64,000 bases of DNA from Bacteroidales bacterium (GCA_025454795.1 JALONT010000012.1:6569-70568), one strand, 5' to 3'. Shown: positions 36,119-44,949, counted from the stretch's first letter. Program-made: numbers and translations. The notes: generated by a model from the sequence alone, not told the origin.

Positions 36119-37729
36119 ATGGCAGAATTCATTTATGAAAAACCTTTTCAGATAGAAAAGGATACAACAGAATACAGGTTACTTACAAAGGATTTTGTAA
36201 AACTGGTTGAAACTGATGGAAGAAAAATTCTGAGAGTGGATCCCCGGGGACTTGAGCTCCTTGCTAAAACAGCAGTTTCAGATCTCTCTTTTTTCCTGAG
36301 GAGATCCCATCTTGAAAAGCTTGCTGCTATTCTTGACGATCCTGAAGCAACTGATAATGACCGGTTTGTTGCATATGTAATGATCCGCAATTCTGTAATC
36401 TCTGCCAAAGAGGACCTTCCCTGGTGCCAGGATACCGGAACTGCTATTGTGATTGGCAAAAAGGGGGAAGATGTACAGACCGGAGTTAATGATGCATTGT
36501 ATTTATCAAAAGGTATTTATGAGACATTTAAGGATAAGAACCTGAGATATTCACAGGTTGTCCCTCTTACAATGTTTGAGGAAAAGAATTCGGGAACAAA
36601 CCTGCCGGCCCAGATTGACATATATTCAGTCGAGGGTAACTCTTACGAGTTTTTATTTATTACCAAGGGCGGTGGATCAGCCAATAAGACTTTTCTTTAT
36701 CAGCAGACAAAATCTTTGCTTAACGAAGAATCACTTGTTAAATTCGTGAAAGAAAAGATAAAAGAGCTTGGCACTTCAGCTTGTCCTCCATATCATCTGG
36801 CACTGGTCATAGGCGGAACATCGGCTGAAGCAACACTTAAAACTGTCAAGGAGGCATCAGCCGGATACCTAGATCATCTTCCGACTACAGGCAGGGAGAG
36901 CGGTCGTGCTTTCCGCGACCTTGAATGGGAGAAGAAAATTGAAAAGATATGCCATGAATATGGTGTTGGTGCCCAGTTCGGAGGGAAGTATTTTGTCCAT
37001 GACGTAAAAGTGATCCGTCTCCCGCGTCATGCAGCTTCCTGCCCGGTAGGAATTGGTGTCAGCTGCAGTGCCGACAGGAACATTAAGGCTAAGATCACAG
37101 GTGACGGTATTTATCTTGAGGAGCTTGAAAGAGATCCGGCACGTTTTCTTCCGGTAAAAGCACCTGAGCTTGAAAAGCCGGTAGAGGTGGATCTTGACAG
37201 ACCCATGAATGAGGTGCTGGCACAACTTACCAGGTACCCCGTTAAAACAAGGTTGAACCTGAAAGGTACACTTATCGTTGCCCGGGATATTGCGCATGCA
37301 CGCATTAAAAAGGTGATTGATGAAGGGAAACCCATGCCTGAATATTTTAAGAACCACCCTGTTTATTATGCCGGGCCTGCCAAGACACCTGCCGGAATGG
37401 CTTCAGGAAGTTTTGGGCCTACTACTGCAGGAAGAATGGATACGTATGTTGATCTTTTCCAGAGTCTCGGAGGTTCGTTGATAATGGTTGCCAAAGGAAA
37501 TCGAAACAGAGCAGTTATCGATGCCTGCAAAAAATACGGTGGATTTTATCTCGGGTCAATCGGAGGACCTGCTGCGATCCTTGCTGCTGAGAATATCAAA
37601 TCGGTGGAGATGGTTGATTTTGAGGACCTTGGAATGGAGGCAATAAGAAAGATTAAAGTCGAGAATATGGCTGCCTTTATAATTACCGATGATAAGGGAA
37701 ATGATTTCTTTGATGAATACAATAAATGA
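36119..37729 (+). CDS. class I (Fe-S) fumarate hydratase, fused alpha/beta
   Basis: About 536 aa with CQDTGTA, GGGSANK and C-terminal beta-domain motifs of FumA/FumB-type enzymes. Confidence 0.9.
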   Translation: MAEFIYEKPFQIEKDTTEYRLLTKDFVKLVETDGRKILRVDPRGLELLAKTAVSDLSFFLRRSHLEKLAAILDDPEATDNDRFVAYVMIRNSVISAKEDLPWCQDTGTAIVIGKKGEDVQTGVNDALYLSKGIYETFKDKNLRYSQVVPLTMFEEKNSGTNLPAQIDIYSVEGNSYEFLFITKGGGSANKTFLYQQTKSLLNEESLVKFVKEKIKELGTSACPPYHLALVIGGTSAEATLKTVKEASAGYLDHLPTTGRESGRAFRDLEWEKKIEKICHEYGVGAQFGGKYFVHDVKVIRLPRHAASCPVGIGVSCSADRNIKAKITGDGIYLEELERDPARFLPVKAPELEKPVEVDLDRPMNEVLAQLTRYPVKTRLNLKGTLIVARDIAHARIKKVIDEGKPMPEYFKNHPVYYAGPAKTPAGMASGSFGPTTAGRMDTYVDLFQSLGGSLIMVAKGNRNRAVIDACKKYGGFYLGSIGGPAAILAAENIKSVEMVDFEDLGMEAIRKIKVENMAAFIITDDKGNDFFDEYNK

Positions 37730-37773
37730 TTAACTTCGGTATACTTGAGCCTGTTCACTATAAGGGATAGACA

Positions 37774-37921
37774 GATTGCTTCGCTTCGCTCGCAATGACG
37801 GTGGTTTTTAATTTACCTTGTACTATCTCAACCACTGGATAGAATAAAATTTAGTGTCATTGCGAGCGAAGCGACCCTAGTTTAGAAATTCAACTGTCAT
37901 TGCGATCGAAGCGAAGCAATT
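37774..37921. repeat. inverted-repeat cassette of the GTCATTGCGAGCGAAGCGAAGCAATC family (three copies)
   Basis: Copy 1 (37774-37799) is in reverse orientation. Copy 2 (37856-37875) is truncated. Copy 3 (37896-37921) matches copy 1 with one mismatch in the first 25 nt. The cassette lies in the fumarase/hydrolase convergent spacer. Confidence 0.85.
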
Positions 37922-37942
37922 CTTTGAACAAATCCGGAAACG

Positions 37943-39373
37943 TCAGTAAAGTTCCTCGATTAAAAATATCACATGTCTGTCCAGCGCGGACCAGTATTTT
38001 ATAGAATTCTTCCTTACCAGTTCCCAGTAAATATTACTGTCGAGGCCATGGACGAAATTAATTTCCTTAAGCTCGGAAATTATTCTTCCTGCAATTTCCG
38101 GCTTCAGTGTCAGCCGTATTTTCCTGTTCATATAAGTGAATTCAGCAGAAGCAGTTGCGACAGTGTCATTTCTGACAGTCAGGAGACCATGTCCTGGAGT
38201 GGCACCCGTGCTTACCTGAATCCCGTCATTCATGCAGCTGAGGGGAGGCAATGAACCGGCAAATGAGGTTGTTGAGAATTCATCGACACCGGTGTTAAAA
38301 TACTCCCTGGCCCTGATCCCCATTTTTACACCAACAATTGCAAATACACCAAGGTGACGATGAAGTTCATTTGCAAGTACCCCGGATGTCCACTCATCAA
38401 CCCCGAACTTTAAAATAATTTCATTTACTGAGGATTGTATATCATCAAAATAAAATTCAGGATCAACGGGCATCTCTTTGATTACCTGGTTCTTTGAGAC
38501 GGTTTCGCATTTAAGCATTCTGACCAAACCACCCATGAGCATCTCTTTTTGCGATGGAAAGCTCTCTGAATTTATTCCTGAAGTATCAGTTTTAAAGTAT
38601 TCCGGATACTGCAAAAAGAGTGCTAATGTTTCATCGGTAGCGAAATATAAAAAATCGTGTCCCTTAGCAACCTCTGAGCTGAAAAATCCGTAAAACTTTT
38701 CTCCGTATTTTGTGCTTATCCCCCTAATCTCTTCAACCAGGGCTTCGTTGAAAAGCTTTTCCTGTCCAAACCCTCTGACAGTTTTGACCGGGATCTCTCC
38801 TTTTAAAACATTTAATGAAGAGGTTGGGTCGATATTATAGTTAAATCCTTTGGTGTCGGATAGCCCGTTTGAACTCCAGATTATCTCCTTTACCTGTTGC
38901 CTGAACAGAGGAATGTTTTTCCTTGCAAATTCAGCGGTTGACATTCCTCCCAGACATAAAAAGCTTATCCGGGTTTTCTCATGCGAAAGGAGATCATCTA
39001 TTAAAGTAAAGCAATCAGGTGCCTTCTCAGGATTTATGCCGGTCTCATCACCCCATATAGCCTTCATGGGAATAGTAAATTCAGGTGATTTAAATGCTGA
39101 ATTTCTGTTGATCCCTACCGGAATGCCCTCATGATAGAATGAGTTCAGAAGACTCTTAATTTTGATGTATGCTTTTTCCCGGTTAAGAGCCCCCGGAGAA
39201 ACAGTTACTGCAAGAACCCTGATGTCTGGTGAAGCGAGAAGCATCGTTATTGCTCTCATGTCATCTATTCCGCCGTCAGTGTCAACTATAACATAATGAG
39301 ACGGTTTCCACGGATGAGAATATGCCAGGATATTAAGAATCAGTCCCAAAATGAGCAATAATGATCGTTTCAT
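37943..39373 (-). CDS. secreted fusion protein: inosine-uridine-preferring nucleoside hydrolase-like N-terminal domain plus FmdE-like C-terminal domain
   Basis: Signal peptide, then IVDTDGGIDDMRAI (nucleoside hydrolase Asp cluster). The C-terminal HLGVFAIVGVKMG...SCMNDGIQVSTGATPGHG resembles FmdE family motifs. Confidence 0.65.
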   Translation of the reverse strand: MKRSLLLILGLILNILAYSHPWKPSHYVIVDTDGGIDDMRAITMLLASPDIRVLAVTVSPGALNREKAYIKIKSLLNSFYHEGIPVGINRNSAFKSPEFTIPMKAIWGDETGINPEKAPDCFTLIDDLLSHEKTRISFLCLGGMSTAEFARKNIPLFRQQVKEIIWSSNGLSDTKGFNYNIDPTSSLNVLKGEIPVKTVRGFGQEKLFNEALVEEIRGISTKYGEKFYGFFSSEVAKGHDFLYFATDETLALFLQYPEYFKTDTSGINSESFPSQKEMLMGGLVRMLKCETVSKNQVIKEMPVDPEFYFDDIQSSVNEIILKFGVDEWTSGVLANELHRHLGVFAIVGVKMGIRAREYFNTGVDEFSTTSFAGSLPPLSCMNDGIQVSTGATPGHGLLTVRNDTVATASAEFTYMNRKIRLTLKPEIAGRIISELKEINFVHGLDSNIYWELVRKNSIKYWSALDRHVIFLIEELY

Positions 39374-39526
39374 CTTTAAATTGTTAATTGCTAAAAAACA
39401 TTAGTGTCCACTAAGAATTATATAACGTTCTTTGAAATCATGAGTACATCGAGATTGTAAAGCTTATTTGACAGGTGTAGATTTGAAATAAAATCACAAT
39501 TAAGTTTTGATCATTATAAAATTGTT

Positions 39527-39655
39527 TTCAATTACCGTTGGCTTTAGCCAACGGTATAACAGCCTAACAATAAAGGACTTTAGTCCTTATTTTAGGGCTA
39601 AAGCCCGTACCTGGGAAGTCTCTTCATCCGTTGGCTAAAGCCAACGGTAATTGAA
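39527..39655. repeat. 129-bp hairpin-rich element bounded by perfect 28-bp terminal inverted repeats (TTCAATTACCGTTGGCTTTAGCCAACGG)
   Basis: Left repeat 39527-39554; right repeat 39628-39655 is its exact reverse complement. Each repeat is itself a hairpin. Two internal hairpins (AAGGAC-TTTA-GTCCTT and GGGC-TAAA-GCCC) share the CTTTAG/CTAAAG core. Confidence 0.85.
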
Positions 39656-39898
39656 TTAAAACACTAAAATTATGCATATTTTAAGCATAACACAATTTAA
39701 CAAAATATTTCAAACTAGCTACTTACAAACCAAGATTACCAAGATGTCAAAGGACTAAACTGTATACAGTTGAGAATCAATGATATTTAAATGGACATTA
39801 ATTGCTAAATATAATAATTATTAGAATTATTAACCTTAAAATCGAAATACTATTGCATTGGGAATATTTTTTTATCTTCATCCGGTCAATAAATAGAA

Positions 39899-41419
39899 AT
39901 GAAAAAATTCCTGATATTGTTTGTTCCCGGATTGATAACAGGGATTTTATTGATAATTGGAGGGGGGATGGTCATCACTAAAACTTCAACAAACAAATTC
40001 TGCGTTTCATGTCACATTCATACGGCGGCTGATGCTTCCTGGAAAAGATCGGTACATTATGAAACACAGTCAGGATACCGGGTTGCATGTGTGGAGTGTC
40101 ATCTTCCTCCCACAGGAGATGCTTACCTCTGGGAAAAAGGTAAGACAGGTCTCAGGGATATCTGGAGTTACTGGACAAAAGATTCGGCATCTTTTAACTG
40201 GGAAGATCGCAGTAGACTTGAAATTGCCCGTGGATATGTTTACGAAGGCAGTTGCATAAAATGCCATGAGAATCTTTTTCCGGTAAAGCTGACAAAAAAG
40301 GGTGAAGATGCTCACCTCTATTATAAACAGTCGAAGAAGACGCCTGATCTTCATTGTATTAACTGCCATCTTAATGCCGGACATTATATGGAAGGTTATA
40401 CACATGGAAGCAATAAGACTTTTGGATCTGTCTCTTCAGCTCCAAAAGAAATTTTTAAAGAACCTGCAAAAGTGAATGGATTTGAATCATTCACCGAACA
40501 GATACCTCATTCTCCTGTATCATTCAGGATGGTAGCAATTCCAGGCGGGAAGTTTCTGATGGGAAGTCCTGAAGAAGAACCATTCCGTAAAGCTGATGAA
40601 GGACCTGTAAGGGAAGTTGAAATATCTCGGTTTTTCATGGCCGAGGTCGAAGTGACCTGGGATGAATATCTGGCGTTTTATGCTCAGACTGCTGCTGAAG
40701 GGAGGTCAACTGATACAGAAGGAGTAAGATCAAAAACAACTTCTGATATAGACGCTATATCAGGCGCGACACCTCCTTACGGGCAACCTGACCAGGGATG
40801 GGGAATGGATCAGAGACCTGCAATATCATTAAGCTATCATGCAGCACAAACATACTGCAGGTGGCTATCATCTGTAACCGGAAGATCTTACCGGCTGCCT
40901 GCGGAGGCGGAATGGGAATATGCATGCAGGGCAGGAACAACAACTCCCTATTCCTTTAAAGGTGATCCGGAAAAATTTCAAAAAACCGGATTTAAAGCAA
41001 AGCTGTCAAAGGATGATACTGCTGTAATTAATTCATATATAATATATAAGGCTAACAGTTCAGGCAAAACACAAACTTCTGAAATGGTAAAATCCAATCC
41101 GTTCGGATTGAAGAACATGACAGGCAATGTAGCTGAATTCTGCCTTGACTGGTACCAGCCTGATGCATACTCACAATATCCTGAAGGTGTTGTTAAAGAT
41201 CCACGCGGACCGGAAACCGGGGAAGAGCATGTGATTCGCGGAGGATCATACAGGAACTTTGCCGGATCTTTACGCAGTGCAGCCCGTGGTTATACACGGA
41301 CAGAAGAATGGCTGAAGACTGATCCTCAGATCCCCAAAAGCATTTGGTGGTATTCCGATTGTTTCTATGTGGGATTCAGAGTTGTGTGTGAATTTGACGA
41401 AACGACCGGGAAATTGTAA
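39899..41419 (+). CDS. membrane-anchored NapC/NirT/NrfH-type tetrahaem cytochrome c fused to an FGE-fold (SUMF1/EgtB/PvdO family) domain
   Basis: One N-terminal TM helix. Four CxxCH sites (CVSCH, CVECH, CIKCH, CINCH). Then IPGGKFLMGSP...WEYACRAG...RGGSY, typical of the FGE fold. Confidence 0.8.
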   Translation: MKKFLILFVPGLITGILLIIGGGMVITKTSTNKFCVSCHIHTAADASWKRSVHYETQSGYRVACVECHLPPTGDAYLWEKGKTGLRDIWSYWTKDSASFNWEDRSRLEIARGYVYEGSCIKCHENLFPVKLTKKGEDAHLYYKQSKKTPDLHCINCHLNAGHYMEGYTHGSNKTFGSVSSAPKEIFKEPAKVNGFESFTEQIPHSPVSFRMVAIPGGKFLMGSPEEEPFRKADEGPVREVEISRFFMAEVEVTWDEYLAFYAQTAAEGRSTDTEGVRSKTTSDIDAISGATPPYGQPDQGWGMDQRPAISLSYHAAQTYCRWLSSVTGRSYRLPAEAEWEYACRAGTTTPYSFKGDPEKFQKTGFKAKLSKDDTAVINSYIIYKANSSGKTQTSEMVKSNPFGLKNMTGNVAEFCLDWYQPDAYSQYPEGVVKDPRGPETGEEHVIRGGSYRNFAGSLRSAARGYTRTEEWLKTDPQIPKSIWWYSDCFYVGFRVVCEFDETTGKL

Positions 41420-41445
41420 TTTTAAATTCTTAAAACCAACTTAAT

Positions 41446-42804
41446 ATGAAGAAAGCCAGTATCTCAAGGCGTAATTTTTTAGGTAAAGCTGCCACTGTGG
41501 GGGCAGCAGGAATAGTTGTTCCTTCATTATTATCTGGCTGTGATCGTTATAATAAGAAACGGGTCAAAGCTATATCGTGGCTCGACCAGGCTCCTGACGG
41601 ACCAGTTCTTAAGGCAGGTGTTATAGGCTGTGGAGGTCGTGGTACAGGAGCTGCCATTAACTTTCTGAATGCAGGGCCAAAACTTCAGATTACAGCTCTG
41701 GGAGACACATTCAAGGACCGTATTGAGAATTGCAGGGCAAAGATATTAAAGGAAAAAGGACAGGAAGTTCTTGAAGAAATGTGCTTTATAGGTTTCGATG
41801 CTTACCAGAAAGTGATTAACTCCGGGGTCGACATTATTATTAATGCCACCCCGCCATTCTTTCGCCCCGAAATTATTGCTGCAGCTGTTGCAGCCCGTAA
41901 GCATGTTTTTGCTGAAAAACCTGTGTGCGTTGATCCTGTTGGTGCAAGGTCAATAATGGCAACTGCATTAAAAGCCAAAGAATTGGGATTGACAATTGTT
42001 ACGGGGACCCAGCGCCGTCATCAGCGCGATTATGTGGCTAACTATCAGAACGTTCAGGCTGGTGCAATAGGCGATATAGTTGGCGGAACTGTTTGGTGGA
42101 ATGGTGGAAAACTATGGCATCGGGATAATAATCCTGAATGGAGTGAAATGGAATGGATGATCCGCGACTGGGTCAACTGGTGCTGGCTCTCAGGCGATCA
42201 TATTGTAGAACAGCATGTCCATAATCTTGATGTACTGAACTGGTTTACAGGTTCACATCCGGTAAAAGCAGTTGGCATGGGATCAAGGCAGAGGCGTGTT
42301 ACCGGTGATCAGTTTGATAGTTTCAGTGTCGATTTTGTATTTGAGGACGGAAGACATTTCCATAGCATGTGCAGACAGATAAATGGTTGTGCTAATAATG
42401 TTTCGGAAAGACTCCAGGGAGCTGCCGGCTCAACAAACTGCCAGAATTCAATCCTTGACCTTGCAGGAACAGAAATATGGAAATATGAGTACCCGAAGGA
42501 TGAAAAAGGTATTGAAAACAAAGCATTAATGAAGGCTGCCATGGACCAGGAGCATATCGACTTTATTAACTCAGTAAGGAATAATCTGGCTTTCAATGAA
42601 CTTGAGAACACAGCAATCTCAACTTTGGTAGCTATCATGGGTCGTGTTTCAGCTTATACAGGTAAAGAAGTAACCTGGGATGAGATGATGAACTCTGATC
42701 TCAGACTTGGTCCTAAAGTTTTTGAATTTGGTCCGGTTGATGTTCCAAAAGAGGTGCCAATAGCAGGTCTTGCTTATGTACCTCAGGAAAATAACAAGAA
42801 ATAA
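41446..42804 (+). CDS. Tat-exported Gfo/Idh/MocA family oxidoreductase (probable lipoprotein)
   Basis: Twin-arginine motif SRRNFLGKAA followed by LLSGC, a Rossmann GVIGCGGRG motif, and a Gfo/Idh/MocA C-terminal domain. Confidence 0.85.
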   Translation: MKKASISRRNFLGKAATVGAAGIVVPSLLSGCDRYNKKRVKAISWLDQAPDGPVLKAGVIGCGGRGTGAAINFLNAGPKLQITALGDTFKDRIENCRAKILKEKGQEVLEEMCFIGFDAYQKVINSGVDIIINATPPFFRPEIIAAAVAARKHVFAEKPVCVDPVGARSIMATALKAKELGLTIVTGTQRRHQRDYVANYQNVQAGAIGDIVGGTVWWNGGKLWHRDNNPEWSEMEWMIRDWVNWCWLSGDHIVEQHVHNLDVLNWFTGSHPVKAVGMGSRQRRVTGDQFDSFSVDFVFEDGRHFHSMCRQINGCANNVSERLQGAAGSTNCQNSILDLAGTEIWKYEYPKDEKGIENKALMKAAMDQEHIDFINSVRNNLAFNELENTAISTLVAIMGRVSAYTGKEVTWDEMMNSDLRLGPKVFEFGPVDVPKEVPIAGLAYVPQENNKK

Positions 42805-42819
42805 TCTAATAATTCCTTT

Positions 42820-43764
42820 ATGAATAGTTCCCGGAGAGACTTCATAAGAAAAGCCACGGCAACAGGAGCCGCTATCATAGCTGCTCCTGCTGTATTCGGT
42901 TCTGAAGAACTGGCAAAAAGACGCAGATCAGCCGAACCTGTGGTTCCTTTTAAGCTTAAATATGCACCCAGCCTTGGAATGTTCAGGGAGCATGCAGGTA
43001 CAGATCCTGTCGATAACATTAAATTCTGTTACGATCAGGGATTCAGGGCAATGTTTGATAACGGCTTTCCTAAACGACCAGTAGATGAGCAGGATAAAAT
43101 AGCTAATGAGATGCAGAAGCTGGGGATGCTGCTGGGTCCTTATGTTCTCTATGCTGATTTTTCAGTAACCTCTTTCGTCCTGAATAAACCGGAGGTCAGG
43201 GAAATGCTTATAAACAAAATGAAGGAGGGGGTTGAAGTAGTTAAAAGGACAGGGGCTAAGTGGGCTCTGATGGTTCCCGGACGATATGATGAAAAACTTC
43301 ACCGGGATTTTCAGACTGCAAATGTCATCGACAACCTTCGTTATTGCTGCGAAATTGCTGAGCCGGAAGGTCTTACAATTGTTCTCGAACCGCTAAATAC
43401 CCTCAGAAATCACCCTGGATTATTTCTGACAGGAATTCCGCAGGCATATTCAATATGTCGTGCCGTAAACAGTACTTCCTGCAAAATAGTCAATGATATT
43501 TATCACCAGCAGATCACTGAAGGCAACCTGATCCCAAACATTGAAGCAGCATGGGATGAGATTGCAGCTTTCCATTGCGGAGATAACCCCGGCCGGAATG
43601 AACCCTATACCGGAGAGATTAATTTTAAAAATGTATTCAAATACATTTACAGCCGTAAATATGAGGGCGTTATCTGCATGGAGCATGGTAAAAGCTTAAA
43701 AGGGAAAGAAGGCGAACTTAAACTACTGGAAGCTTATCGCGAAGCTGATAGCTTTGAAGTATAA
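42820..43764 (+). CDS. Tat-exported hydroxypyruvate-isomerase-like (Hyi family) xylose-isomerase-fold TIM barrel
   Basis: SRRDFIRKATATGAA Tat motif. LEPLN...NDIYHQQITEGNL...GDNPGRNEPYTGEINF...CMEH matches the Hyi-family pattern. Confidence 0.8.
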   Translation: MNSSRRDFIRKATATGAAIIAAPAVFGSEELAKRRRSAEPVVPFKLKYAPSLGMFREHAGTDPVDNIKFCYDQGFRAMFDNGFPKRPVDEQDKIANEMQKLGMLLGPYVLYADFSVTSFVLNKPEVREMLINKMKEGVEVVKRTGAKWALMVPGRYDEKLHRDFQTANVIDNLRYCCEIAEPEGLTIVLEPLNTLRNHPGLFLTGIPQAYSICRAVNSTSCKIVNDIYHQQITEGNLIPNIEAAWDEIAAFHCGDNPGRNEPYTGEINFKNVFKYIYSRKYEGVICMEHGKSLKGKEGELKLLEAYREADSFEV

Positions 43765-43772
43765 TAATCATC

Positions 43773-43801
43773 AAAAGAGACTGAAAATAAGCCTCTTTTT
43801 T
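43773..43801 (+). terminator. weak/possible intrinsic terminator between the Hyi-like and lactonase genes
   Basis: AAAAGAGAC / GCCTCTTTT stem (one mismatch), a 9-nt loop, then a T-run. Confidence 0.4.
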
Positions 43802-43808
43802 ATCTGAT

Positions 43809-44939
43809 ATGTATAAATCAATGAAAAAATATTCAGTTTTGGTATATTCACTATTATTCTTTACCGGGCTTTTCTCTACCGGTTGCAGGGAAAATTCAAT
43901 TTTTTTTGCCGGCGGATTCTCAAACGAGGGCGAAAAGGGATTCTCAGTTTTTAAGTTCGACAACCGGAATGGAATCGCTGAGAAAATATCAGATTGGGAT
44001 GCAGGAACCAAACCAGCTTTTTTCTGTTATAACAGCAAGCGTAATCTGATCTACATCCTAAATGAAGTTATGGAATTCAGGGGAACCCCAGGTAGCGGAC
44101 TTACTACATTGGAATACGATCCCCTTAATAACCTTATAAAAAAAAGAAATGAAATTTTAGTCCCATACGGAGGATCGTGCCATATTTCATTGTCAGCAGA
44201 TAAACAATTTTTATTTTTTGCAAATTATGCTACGGGTTCTGTTGCAGTCGTCGGCCTGGATGAAAATGGGATTCCTGAAAGAGTTACCGATTCTATATTA
44301 TACGCAACGGAAGCCCAGGATGTTTCACATCCCCATATGATATTACAAGATCCCTCAGGTAAACATATATACCTGACCGACCTGGGTCTCGACAGGATCG
44401 TTAAATATGATCTTGATACCAGCACCGGGAAGCTGATTCAATCTGAGAATGGTATTATTGAGCTATCTGAAGGCTCTGGTCCCCGTCATTTTGTGTTTAA
44501 TCCGGATGGTTCACAGCTTTATGTTATCAATGAACTGGGATCAACACTAATGGTATTTAATGTTGTTGAAAATGGTGTTCTGAAACTGGTTCAGACATTG
44601 CCAACAGTTAAGCCGGGATTTGAGGGCAAAAATTTTTGTGCTGATATCCATATCGGAACAAATAACAAATTCCTTTACGGGTCGAACAGAGGCGAGAATT
44701 CAATTGTTGTCTTCAGGATTGAAGGTGACGGAACATTAACTCTTGCAGGAAGTGTATCGTGTGGAGGCGACTGGCCAAGGAATTTTATAATAGATCCGTC
44801 TGGTAAATTCCTTCTCGTGGGAAATCAGAGATCAGATAATATTTCTGTATTAAGGATCAACCGTAAGACGGGTATTCCAGGAAAACCTGTAAGCAATACT
44901 TCCCTTAAGGCACCCGGCTGTATCAGATTCTGGGAATAG
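43809..44939 (+). CDS. lactonase family lipoprotein (7-bladed beta-propeller, 6-phosphogluconolactonase/cycloisomerase-like)
   Basis: Lipobox FSTGC. Repeated blade motifs and GSGPRHFVFNPDG / NRGENSIVVF, typical of the PF10282-type lactonases as I recall them. Confidence 0.75.
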   Translation: MYKSMKKYSVLVYSLLFFTGLFSTGCRENSIFFAGGFSNEGEKGFSVFKFDNRNGIAEKISDWDAGTKPAFFCYNSKRNLIYILNEVMEFRGTPGSGLTTLEYDPLNNLIKKRNEILVPYGGSCHISLSADKQFLFFANYATGSVAVVGLDENGIPERVTDSILYATEAQDVSHPHMILQDPSGKHIYLTDLGLDRIVKYDLDTSTGKLIQSENGIIELSEGSGPRHFVFNPDGSQLYVINELGSTLMVFNVVENGVLKLVQTLPTVKPGFEGKNFCADIHIGTNNKFLYGSNRGENSIVVFRIEGDGTLTLAGSVSCGGDWPRNFIIDPSGKFLLVGNQRSDNISVLRINRKTGIPGKPVSNTSLKAPGCIRFWE

Positions 44940-44949
44940 AATTTCTGAA

